Below, piece by piece: positions 54,282-64,000 of a stretch of 64,000 nt of DNA; within the stretch, counting starts at the first letter, position 1; each line of letters begins with the position of its first letter. The stretch comes from Eledone cirrhosa (lineage: Eukaryota). The notes under the pieces were generated by a model, which saw nothing but the letters and a program-made list of their open reading frames with translations, made no database searches and had not been told where the DNA came from. The DNA is taken from the NCBI GenBank assembly GCA_964016885.1, contig OZ024749.1:40548001-40612000 (forward strand), written 5' to 3'. The position numbers were made by a program, and so were the translations under genes.

Positions 54282-54326
54282 AGTCACTGAAGAGGTCACA
54301 GAGTGTGTGACGAAAGAACTATGACT
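54282..54326 (+). ncRNA. Minimal type I hammerhead ribozyme in the PLE pseudo-LTR
   Basis: AGTCA CTGAAGA G GTCACA GAGTG TGTGAC GAAA GAA CTA TGACT. Stem I AGTCA/TGACT, stem II GTCACA/TGTGAC, CUA triplet. Confidence 0.8.
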
Positions 54327-54682
54327 ATATATATATAAACAACTATCTGGTTGTGGAACCAACCAACCAACCAGAAATTTATAAATTTGTAAATTTATAA
54401 ATATATATTAAATTAAATTGAAGTGAAAGCAACTGGTGCGTGTGTTTCTTATTGGCAACATGACCCTCCCAAAGTATAACAATATGTATATATATATATA
54501 TATATATCACGATAAATTAACGGAGGCATAGGCCGTCGTTATTCCCTGTAAATAATGTGCTCAAAGGGGAAGAGATCCTGAGCCCTTTAAAATATAATAT
54601 GTTGAGAAGGTAACACACCAGAGAGAGATATATATAGTGCATTATCAATAATACAAGGAAAAAAACTATATATATATATACA

Positions 54683-54720
<38 letters not shown>

Positions 54721-55239
54721 TGTATATATATATATATGTATGTTAGAGAATGTGTATAGTTGTGGTGGTATATAGTAGTGGTGTAGTGTGTGGTGTAGTG
54801 GTGTAGTAGCAGTGGTATATAGTAGCGGTGTAGTGTATAGTGTGTGGTGTAGTAGCGGTGGTATATAGTAGTGGGGGGTGTATAGTAGCTCTGGTACATA
54901 GCAGCAGTGGTATATAGTAGTGGTGGTGTATATTGTGGTGTAGTAGCAGTGTAGTGTGTGGTGTAGTAGCGGTGGTATATAGTAGTGGTGGTATATAGTA
55001 GCGGTGTCGTGTGTGGTGTAGTAGTGGTGGTATATAGTAGTGGTTGTATATAGTAGCGGTGGTATATAGTAGTGGTTGTATATAGTAGTGGTGGTATATA
55101 GTGGAGGTGGTATATAGTAGCGGTGGTATATAGTAGTAGAGAAATTATACAGTAAGGAAGGTATATTGAAGAGATGTATATAGTAGTAGATGTATATAAT
55201 AGGGAAGCTACATAGAAGTTTCCTGTCACAATCACTCAC

Positions 55240-55413
55240 CTTCAACAAATTCTTTAGTTGAATTTTTCTCATCTTCAGTTTTTGAAGTCTTACATGAAGT
55301 CTTGTGATCTTTCCAGTCAGCTCTTTGACAGTCTTTGGAACAATATTTTACCTTCTTACAGCCAAAACATTTCTTCAACTCTGGACTTGGTGCTTTACAT
55401 TTAGCGCAGCATT
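55240..55413 (-). CDS. zf-MYND exon, last copy
   Basis: gaacAG / GTGAGT, 174 nt, phase 1-1: ECCAKCKAPSPELKKCFGCKKVKYCSKDCQRADWKDHKTSCKTSKTEDEKNSTKEFVE (CxxC-CxxC-CxxxC-HxxxC). Confidence 0.9.
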
Positions 55414-56107
55414 CTGTTCAGAAGATGAACAAAAAAGAAAAACAGGAATATTAAAACCACCTTTGACACATATGATGTGATAATGTCCTTTTTAAGTGTT
55501 AATGCTGTTATTGTAACACATATGATGTGAGAATGTCCTTTTTAAGTGTTAATGCTGTTATTGTAACATATATGATGTGATAATGTCCTTTTTAAATGTT
55601 AATGCTGTCATTGTAACACATATGATGTGATAATGTCCTTTTTAAGTGTTAATGCTGTTATTGTAACATATATGATGTGATAATGTCCTTTTTAAGTGTT
55701 AATGCTGTTATTGTAACATATATGATGTGATAATGTCCTTTTTAAATGTTAATGCTGTCATTGTAACACATATGATGTGATAATGTCCTTTTTAAGTGTT
55801 AATGTTCTTATTGTAAGTTAAGGGGTGTGATAATGTCCTTTTTAAGTGTTAATGCTGTTATTGTAACACATATGATGTGATAATGTCCTTTTTAAGTGTT
55901 AATGTTCTTATTGTAAGTTAAGGGGTGTGATAATGTCCTTTTTCAATGTTAATACTGTTATTGTAAGTTAAAGGGTGTGATAATGTCCTTTTTAAGCGTT
56001 AATGTTGTTATTATAAGTTATGGGGTGTGATAATGTCCTTTGTAAGTATTAATGCTGTTATTGTAACACATATGATGTGATAATGTCCTTTTTAAGTGTT
56101 AATGTTC

Positions 56108-56705
56108 TGTAGTGACCCACATTCCGCGGGCTCACATACATTCTCTATGCGTGATTTGGCTCAGTTCAGCCAATCCGTGCCAGTAGAAGAGGATGTATCC
56201 CTACGCGCCCTGAGGAAGAAATTCCCCGCGAAGATTTGAAGAATCTTCCTCTTGTACCGGAAACTTCAAGCCAACAACACGCATAATGTAACGCTGAGAT
56301 ATTGCACCCTAGCCTCGCCGGCTTAACGGTGCGATGGCACATTCCCTTTTATAACCTCTTTTTATCTGTAACTTCAACCATATAAGTTAACAAACATTGT
56401 TTGTGCTACATCAAAAATAAACATACATTTCATCTCTAATTTCTGCTGTTGAAATCATTATTATGTTACTCGTGTCTCAATAACATCTATAATCCATGCT
56501 GCTGGAATTGGCGACCTGACGAAAGGGATATTGTAAATACTAAGATGGTAAATAGATCGAGGGAGCTTCCCTCACGTCTATGTCGATACTATCACTTACC
56601 ACACTGGCACATAACGACCTATCAATCATCTACCCGGTTAAAGTGGCGACTTCACAACTTTCATTCTACTACCTGCTAAACAACGACACTTTGAACCCTG
56701 CTAAA
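56108..56705 (+). mobile_element. Solo LTR (598 bp) with 4-bp TSD GTTC, inserted in the 50-bp minisatellite
   Basis: Starts TGTAG and ends CTAAA (one change from CTACA). GTTC duplicated at 56104-56107 and 56706-56709. Internal TATAA and AATAAA. Confidence 0.7.
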
Positions 56706-58199
56706 GTTCTTATTGTAAGTTAAGGGGTGTGATAATATCCTTTTTAAGCGTTAATGTTGTTATTATAAGTTAAGGGGTGTGATAATGTCCTTTTTCAGTG
56801 TTAATGTTGTTATTGTAACACATATGATGTGATAATGTCCTTTGTAAGTGTTAATGCTGTTATTGTAACACATATGATGTGATAATGTCCTTTGTAAGTG
56901 TTAATGCTGTTATTGTAACACATATGATGTGATAATGTCCTTTTTAAGTGTTAATGCTGTTATTGTAAGTTAAGGAGTGTGATAATGTCCTTTTTAAGTG
57001 TTAATGTTCTTATTGTAAGTTAAGGGGTGTGATAATGTCCTTTTTAAGTGTTAATGTTCATATTGTAAGTTAAGGGGTGTGATAATGTCCTTTTTAAGTG
57101 TTAATGTTCTTATTGTAAGTTAAGGGGTGTGATAATGTCCTTTTTAAGTGTTAATGTTCTTATTGTAAGTTAAGGGGTGTGATAATGTCCTTTTTAAGTG
57201 TTAATGTTCTTATTGTAAGTTAAGGGGTGTGATAATGTCCTTTTTAAGTGTTAATGTTGTTATTCTAATTAAGCGGCCGTGATAATCTCCTTTTATAAAC
57301 AATAATTGTTTCTACTTTTGTCAGAAGGCCATCAATTACCCCAGTGCATTACTGGTACTTTATTTTATCGATCCCGTAAGGATGACAGGCAAATTTAAAA
57401 GTAGTGTCAATATGTTCTTTTTAAGTAATGTAGGGATATAGTCTGGTGCAGTGGTGGTGTATATTGTGGTGTAGTAGAGGTGTAGTAGCAGAGGTATATC
57501 GTAGTGGCGGTATATAGTAGCGGTGTAGTGTAGTGGTGTAGTAGCGGTGGTATATAGTAGTGGTGGTATGTATTAGCGGTGTAGTGTAGTGGTGTAGTAG
57601 CGGTGGTATATAGTAGTGGTGGTGTATATTGTGGTGTAGTAGAGGTGTAGTAGCAGAGGTATATCGTAGTGGTGGTATATAGTAGCGGTGTAGTGTAGTG
57701 GTGTAGTAGCGGTGGTATATAGTAGTGGCGGTATATAGTATCTGTGGTACATAACAGCAGTGGTATATAGTAGTGGTGGTGTATATTGTGGTGTAGTAGA
57801 GGTGTAGTAGCAGAGGTATATCGTAGTGGTGGTATGTAGTAGCGGTGTAGTGTAGTGGTGTAGTCGCGGTGGTATATAGTAGTGGTGGTATATAGTAGCT
57901 GTGGTACATAGCAGCAGTGGTATATAGTAGTGGTGGTGTATATTGTGGTGTAGTGTGTGGTGTAGTAGCGGTGGTATATAGTAGTGGTGGTTTATAGTAA
58001 AGGTGGTATATAGTGGAGGTGGTATATAGTAGTGGTGGCATATAGTGGAGGTGGTATAAAGTGGAGGTGGTATATAGTAGCGGTGGTATATAGTAGTAGA
58101 GAAATTATATAGTAAGGAAGGTATATTGAAGAGATGTATATAGTAGTAGATGTATATAATAGGGAAGCTACATAGAAGTTTCCTGTCACAATCACTCAC

Positions 58200-58373
58200 C
58201 TTCAACAAATTCTTTAGTTGAATTTTTCTCATCTTCAGTTTTTGAAGTCTTACATGAAGTCTTGTGATCTTTCCAGTCAGCTCTTTGACAGTCTTTGGAA
58301 CAATATTTTACCTTCTTACAGCCAAAACATTTCTTCAACTCTGGACTTGGTGCTTTACATTTAGCGCAGCGTT
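58200..58373 (-). CDS. zf-MYND exon copy
   Basis: Identical to 55240-55413 except the second codon is Arg (ERCAKC); splice sites intact. Confidence 0.85.
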
Positions 58374-59693
58374 CTGTTCAGAAGATGAACAAAAAAGAAA
58401 AAAAAGAAAAACAGGAATATTAAAACCACCTTTGACACATATGATGTGATAATGTCCTTTTTAAGTGTTAATGTTCTTATTGTAAGTTAAGGGGTGTGAT
58501 AATGTCCTTTTTCAATGTTAATGCTGTTATTGTAAATTAAGGGGTGTGATAATGTCCTTTTTAAGCGTTAATGTTCTTATTGTAAGTTAAGGGGTGTGAT
58601 AATGTCCTTTTTCAGTGTTAATGTTGTTATTGTAACACATATGATGTGATAATTGTTTCTACTTTTGGCACAAGGCCAGCAATTACCCAGTGTATTACTG
58701 GTACTTTATTTTATCGACCCCGTAAGGATGAAAGGCAAAGTTAACCTCGGCGGGATTTGAACTCAGAATGACAAGGGCCGTAACTCTATGCGTCAAAGCA
58801 TGGCGTCCGACCCTCTACCGATACTGCCAATCCATCGCCCTAACATATGTGATAATGTCCTTTTTAAGTGTTAATGTTCTTATTGTAAGTTAAGGGGTGT
58901 GATAATGTCCTTTTTAAGTGTTAATGTTGTTATTGTAACACATGATGTGATAATGTCCTTTTTAAGTGTTAATGTTGTTATTCTAATTAAGCGGCCGTGA
59001 TAATCTCCTTTTATAAATAATAATTGTTTCTACTTTTGTCAGAAGGCCATCAATTACCCCAGTGCATTACTGGTACTTTATTTTATCGATCCCGTAAGGA
59101 TGACAGGCAAATTTAAAAGTAGTGTCAATATGTTCTTTTTAAGTAATGTAGGGATATAGTCTGGTGCAGTGGTGGTGTATATTGTGGTGTAGTAGAGGTG
59201 TAGTAGCAGAGGTATATCGTAGTGGTGGTATATAGTAGCGGTGTAGTGTAGTGGTGTAGTAGCGGTGGTATATAGTAGTGGTTGTATATAGTAGTGGTGG
59301 TATATAGTGGAGGTGGTATATCGTAAAGGTGGTATATAGTAGCAGTGTAGTGTGTGGTGTAGTAGCGGTGGTATATAGTAGTGGTGGTATATAGTGGAGG
59401 TGGTATATAGTAGTGGTTGTATATAGTAGTGGTTGTATATAGTAGTGGTGGTATATAGTGGAGGTGGTATATAGTAGTGGTGGTATATAGTAGTGGTGGT
59501 GTATATTGTGGTGTAGTAGCAGTGTAGTGTGTGGTGTAGTAGTGGTGGTATATAGTAGCGGTGGTATATAGTAGCGGTGGTATATAGGGGTAGAGAAATT
59601 ATATAGTAAGGAAGGTATATTGAAGAGATGTATATAGTAGTAGATGTATATAATAGGGAAGCTACATAGAAGTTTCCTGTCACAATCACTCAC

Positions 59694-59867
59694 CTTCAAC
59701 AAATTCTTTAGTTGAATTTTTCTCATCTTCAGTTTTTGAAGTCTTACATGAAGTCTTGTGATCTTTCCAGTCAGCTCTTTGACAGTCTTTGGAACAATAT
59801 TTTACCTTCTTACAGCCAAAACATTTCTTCAACTCTGGACTTGGTGCTTTACATTTAGCGCAGCGTT
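59694..59867 (-). CDS. zf-MYND exon copy
   Basis: Same 174-nt exon, AG/GTGAGT intact. Confidence 0.85.
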
Positions 59868-61323
59868 CTGTTCAGAAGATGAACAAAAAAGAAAAAAAAG
59901 AAAAACAGGAATATTAAAACCACCTTTGACACATATGATGTGATAATGTCCTTTTTAAGTGTTAATGTTCTTATTGTAAGTTAAGGGGTGTGATAATGTC
60001 CTTTTTAAGTGTTAATGTTGTTATTGTAAGTTAAGGGGTGTGATAATGTCCTTTTTAAGTGTTAATGTTCTTATTGTAAGTTAAGGGGTGTGATAATGTC
60101 CTTTTTAAGTGTTAATGTTCTTATCGTAAGTTAAGGGGTGTGATAATGTCCTTTTTAAGTGTTAATGTTGTTATTCTAATTAAGCTACCGTGATAATCTC
60201 CTTTTATAAATAATAATTGTTTCTACTTTTGTCAGAAGGCCATCAATTACTCCAGTGCATTACTGGTACTTTATTTTATCGATCCCGTAAGGATGACAGG
60301 CAAATTTAAAAGTAGTGTCAAGGGTAATGGATAGAGTTTAGCACTTGAAATGAGAGAGGCAAAATCGTAAAATATTGAGTTTTATCGATTTTTTGCGTAA
60401 TTGTGGGTGAAATTGAAAAAATTATATGTACCAAGACCCAATCGAAGCTATTTCGAATACTGAATTGTAAATTTCAATTGAAGAAATTCTATATCGTAGA
60501 TTTCTATAACAAAGGAGCATGACCATACACTGAGCTTTATAGATTATGATAATTGTTTCTACTTTTGTCAGAAGGCCATCAATTACCCCAGTGCATTACT
60601 GGTACTTTATTTTATCGATCCCGTAAGGATGACAGGCAAATTTAAAAGTAGTGTCAATATGTTCTTTTTAAGTAATGTAGGGATATAGTCTAGTGCAGTG
60701 GTGGTGTATATTGTGGTGTAGTAGAGGTGTAGTAGCAGTGGTATATAGTAGTGGTGGTGTATATTGTGGTGTAGTGGAGGTGTAGTAGCAGAGGTATATC
60801 TTAGTGGTGGTATGTAGTAGCGGTGTAGTGTGTGGTGTAGTGGTGTAGTAGCGGTGGTATATAGTAGTGGTGGTATATAGTAGTGGTGGTATATAGTAGC
60901 TGTGGTACATAGCAGCAGTGGTATATAGTAGTAGTGGTGTATATTGTGGTGTAGTGGAGATGTAGTAGCAGTGGTATATAGTAGTGGTGGTATATAGTAG
61001 CTGTGGTACATAGCAGCAGTGGTATATAGTAGTGGTGGTGTATATTGTGGTGTAGTGGAGGTGTAGTTGCAGTGGTATATCGTAGTGGTGTAGTGTGTGG
61101 TGTAGTAGCGGTGGTATATAGTAGTGGTGGTATATAGTAAAGGTGGTATATAGTAGTGGTGGTATATAGTAGTGGTGGTATAAAGTGGAGGTGGTATATA
61201 GTAAAGGTGGTATATAGTAGTAGAGAAATTATACAGTAAGGAAGGTATATTGAAGAGATGTATATAGTAGTAGATGTATATAATAGGGAAGCTACATAGA
61301 AGTTTCCTGTCACAATCACTCAC

Positions 61324-61497
61324 CTTCAACAAATTCTTTAGTTGAATTTTTCTCATCTTCAGTTTTTGAAGTCTTACATGAAGTCTTGTGATCTTTCCAG
61401 TCAGCTCTTTGACAGTCTTTGGAACAATATTTTACCTTCTTACAGCCAAAACATTTCTTCAACTCTGGACTTGGTGCTTTACATTTAGCGCAGCGTT
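61324..61497 (-). CDS. zf-MYND exon copy
   Basis: Same 174-nt exon, AG/GTGAGT intact. Confidence 0.85.
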
Positions 61498-62794
61498 CTG
61501 TTCAGAAGATGAACAAAAAAGAAAAAAAAGAAAAACAGGAATATTAAAACCACCTTTGACACATATGATGTGATAATGTCCTTTTTAAGTGTTAATGTTC
61601 TTATTGTAAGTTAAGGGGTGTAATAATGTCCTTTTTCAATGTTAATGCTGTTATTGTAAATTAAGGGGTGTGATAATGTCCTTTTTAAGCGTTAATGTTC
61701 TTATTGTAAGTTAAGGGGTGTGATAATGTCCTTTTTCAGTGTTAATGTTGTTATTGTAACACATATGATGTGATAATTGTTTCTACTTTTGGCACAAGGC
61801 CAGCAATTACCCAGTGTATTACTGGTACTTTATTTTATCGACCCCGTAAGGATGAAAGGCAAAGTTAACCTCGGCGGGATTTGAACTCAGAATGACAAGG
61901 GCCGTAACTCTATGCGTCAAAGCATGGCGTCCGACCCTCTACCGATACTGCCAATCCATCGCCCTAACATATGATGTGATAATGTCCTTTTTAAGTGTTA
62001 ATGTTCTTATTGTAACACATATGATGTGATAATGTCCTTTTTAAGTGTTAATGTTGTTATTCTAATTAAGCGGCCGTGATAATCTCCTTTTATAAATAAT
62101 AATTGTTTCTACTTTTGTCAGAAGGCCATCAATTACCCCAGTGCATTACTGGTACTTTATTTTATCGATCCCGTAAGGATGACAGGCAAATTTAAAAGTA
62201 GTGTCAATATGTTCTTTTTAAGTAATGTAGGGATATAGTCTGGTGCAGTGGTGGTGTATATTGTGGTGTAGTAGAGGTGTAGTAGCAGAGGTATATCGTA
62301 GTGGTGGTATGTATTAGCGGTGTAGTGTAGTGGTGTAGTGGTGTAGTAGCGGTGGTATATAGTAGTGGTGGTATATAGTAGCTGTGGTACATAGCAGCAG
62401 TGGTATATAGTAGTGGTGGTGTATATTGTGGTGTAGTGGAGATGTAGTAGCAGTGGTATATAGTAGTGGTGGCATATAGTAGCTGTGGTACATAGCAGCA
62501 GTGGTATATAGTAGTGGTGGTGTATATTGTGGTGTAGTTGCAGTGGTATATCGTAGTGGTGTAGTGTGTGGTGTAGTAGCGGTGGTATATAGTAGTGGTG
62601 GTATATAGTAAAGGTGGTATATAGTAGTGGTGGTATATAGTAGTGGTGGTATAAAGTGGAGGTGGTATATAGTAAAGGTGGTATATAGTAGTAGAGAAAT
62701 TATACAGTAAGGAAGGTATATTGAAGAGATGTATATAGTAGTAGATGTATATAATAGGGAAGCTACATAGAAGTTTCCTGTCACAATCACTCAC

Positions 62795-62968
62795 CTTCAA
62801 CAAATTCTTTAGTTGAATTTTTCTCATCTTCAGTTTTTGAAGTCTTACATGAAGTCTTGTGATCTTTCCAGTCAGCTCTTTGACAGTCTTTGGAACAATA
62901 TTTTACCTTCTTACAGCCAAAACATTTCTTCAACTCTGGACTTGGTGCTTTACATTTAGCGCAGCGTT
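62795..62968 (-). CDS. zf-MYND exon copy
   Basis: Same 174-nt exon, AG/GTGAGT intact. Confidence 0.85.
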
Positions 62969-64000
62969 CTGTTCAGAAGATGAACAAAAAAGAAAAAAAA
63001 GAAAAACAGGAATATTAAAACCACCTTTGACACATATGATGTGATAATGTCCTTTTTAAGTGTTAATGTTCTTATTGTAAGTTAAGGGGTGTAATAATGT
63101 CCTTTTTCAATGTTAATGCTGTTATTGTAAATTAAGGGGTGTGATAATGTCCTTTTTAAGCGTTAATGTTCTTATTGTAAGTTAAGGGGTGTGATAATGT
63201 CCTTTTTCAGTGTTAATGTTGTTATTGTAACACATATGATGTGATAATTGTTTCTACTTTTGGCACAAGGCCAGCAATTACCCAGTGTATTACTGGTACT
63301 TTATTTTATCGACCCCGTAAGGATGAAAGGCAAAGTTAACCTCGGCGGGATTTGAACTCAGAATGACAAGGGCCGTAACTCTATGCGTCAAAGCATGGCG
63401 TCCGACCCTCTACCGATACTGCCAATCCATCGCCCTAACATATGATGTGATAATGTCCTTTTTAAGTGTTAATGTTCTTATTGTAACACATATGATGTGA
63501 TAATGTCCTTTTTAAGTGTTAATGTTGTTATTCTAATTAAGCGGCCGTGATAATCTCCTTTTATAAATAATAATTGTTTCTACTTTTGTCAGAAGGCCAT
63601 CAATTACCCCAGTGCATTACTGGTACTTTATTTTATCGATCCCGTAAGGATGACAGGCAAATTTAAAAGTAGTGTCAATATGTTCTTTTTAAGTAATGTA
63701 GGGATATAGTCTGGTGCAGTGGTGGTGTATATTGTGGTGTAGTAGAGGTGTAGTAGCAGAGGTATATCGTAGTGGTGGTATGTATTAGCGGTGTAGTGTA
63801 GTGGTGTAGTGGTGTAGTAGCGGTGGTATATAGTAGTGGTGGTATATAGTAGCTGTGGTACATAGCAGCAGTGGTATATAGTAGTGGTGGTGTATATTGT
63901 GGTGTAGTGGAGGTGTAGTTGCAGTGGTATATAGTAGCGGTGTAGTGTGTGGTGTAGTAGCGGTGATATATAGTAGTGGTTGTATATAGTAGCGGTGGTA

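Larger units (their letters stand above)
52411..54485. mobile_element. Penelope-like element as a ~2-kb palindrome (1005-bp arms, 7-nt spacer) with GIY-YIG endonuclease and pseudo-LTR in each arm
   Basis: 52469-53473 is the reverse complement of 53481-54485. Each arm encodes CIDKKCITC..CKTRNVVYSIRC..C..YIGETARSIGERINEH..H..EH..RQITEA..LNRKYEW*. 58-nt tail on the left only; (TA)n flanks. Confidence 0.92.
54750..64000. repeat. Tandem segmental array (~1.5-3-kb units): TAG/GTG-rich repeat + MYND exon + 50-bp minisatellite +/- SINE
   Basis: The unit recurs with exons at 55240, 58200, 59694, 61324 and 62795; a sixth unit runs off the window. 50-bp unit GTGATAATGTCCTTTTTAAGTGTTAATGTTCTTATTGTAAGTTAAGGGGT. 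Confidence 0.95.

Noticed and set aside
54517-62827. Repeated 'MRKIQLKNLLKV...YTTT' and 'MIFPVSSLT...' ORFs
   Set aside because: Wrong-frame or antisense readings of the MYND exon running through the GTGAGT donor into low-complexity intron.

Overview
AT-rich, microsatellite-dense eukaryotic (metazoan) genomic DNA. The repeat content (tRNA-derived SINEs, RTE LINEs, Penelope-like elements, long (TA)n tracts) is typical of octopus/coleoid cephalopods; the organism is inferred, not proven. Four spliced protein-coding genes can be reconstructed by hand from GT-AG boundaries and phase: (1) a Sulfotransfer_2 (HNK-1/CHST11-like) carbohydrate sulfotransferase (+, catalytic exon 8309-9457); (2) RSRC1/SRrp53 (+, 8 coding exons, 18739-25565); (3) FIS1 (-, 5 exons, 45735-31410, 152 aa); (4) a minus-strand gene entering from the right edge in which a symmetric 174-nt MYND-finger exon is tandemly repeated at least 5 times, followed by two exons encoding an uncharacterised beta-rich domain. 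Two things stand out. One is this poly-MYND exon array. The other is a set of Penelope-like fold-back inserts in (TA)n tracts that carry minimal type I hammerhead ribozymes, ranging from a ~2-kb near-perfect palindrome with GIY-YIG endonuclease arms to ~100-bp relics. Most ORFs in the supplied track are microsatellite artefacts.
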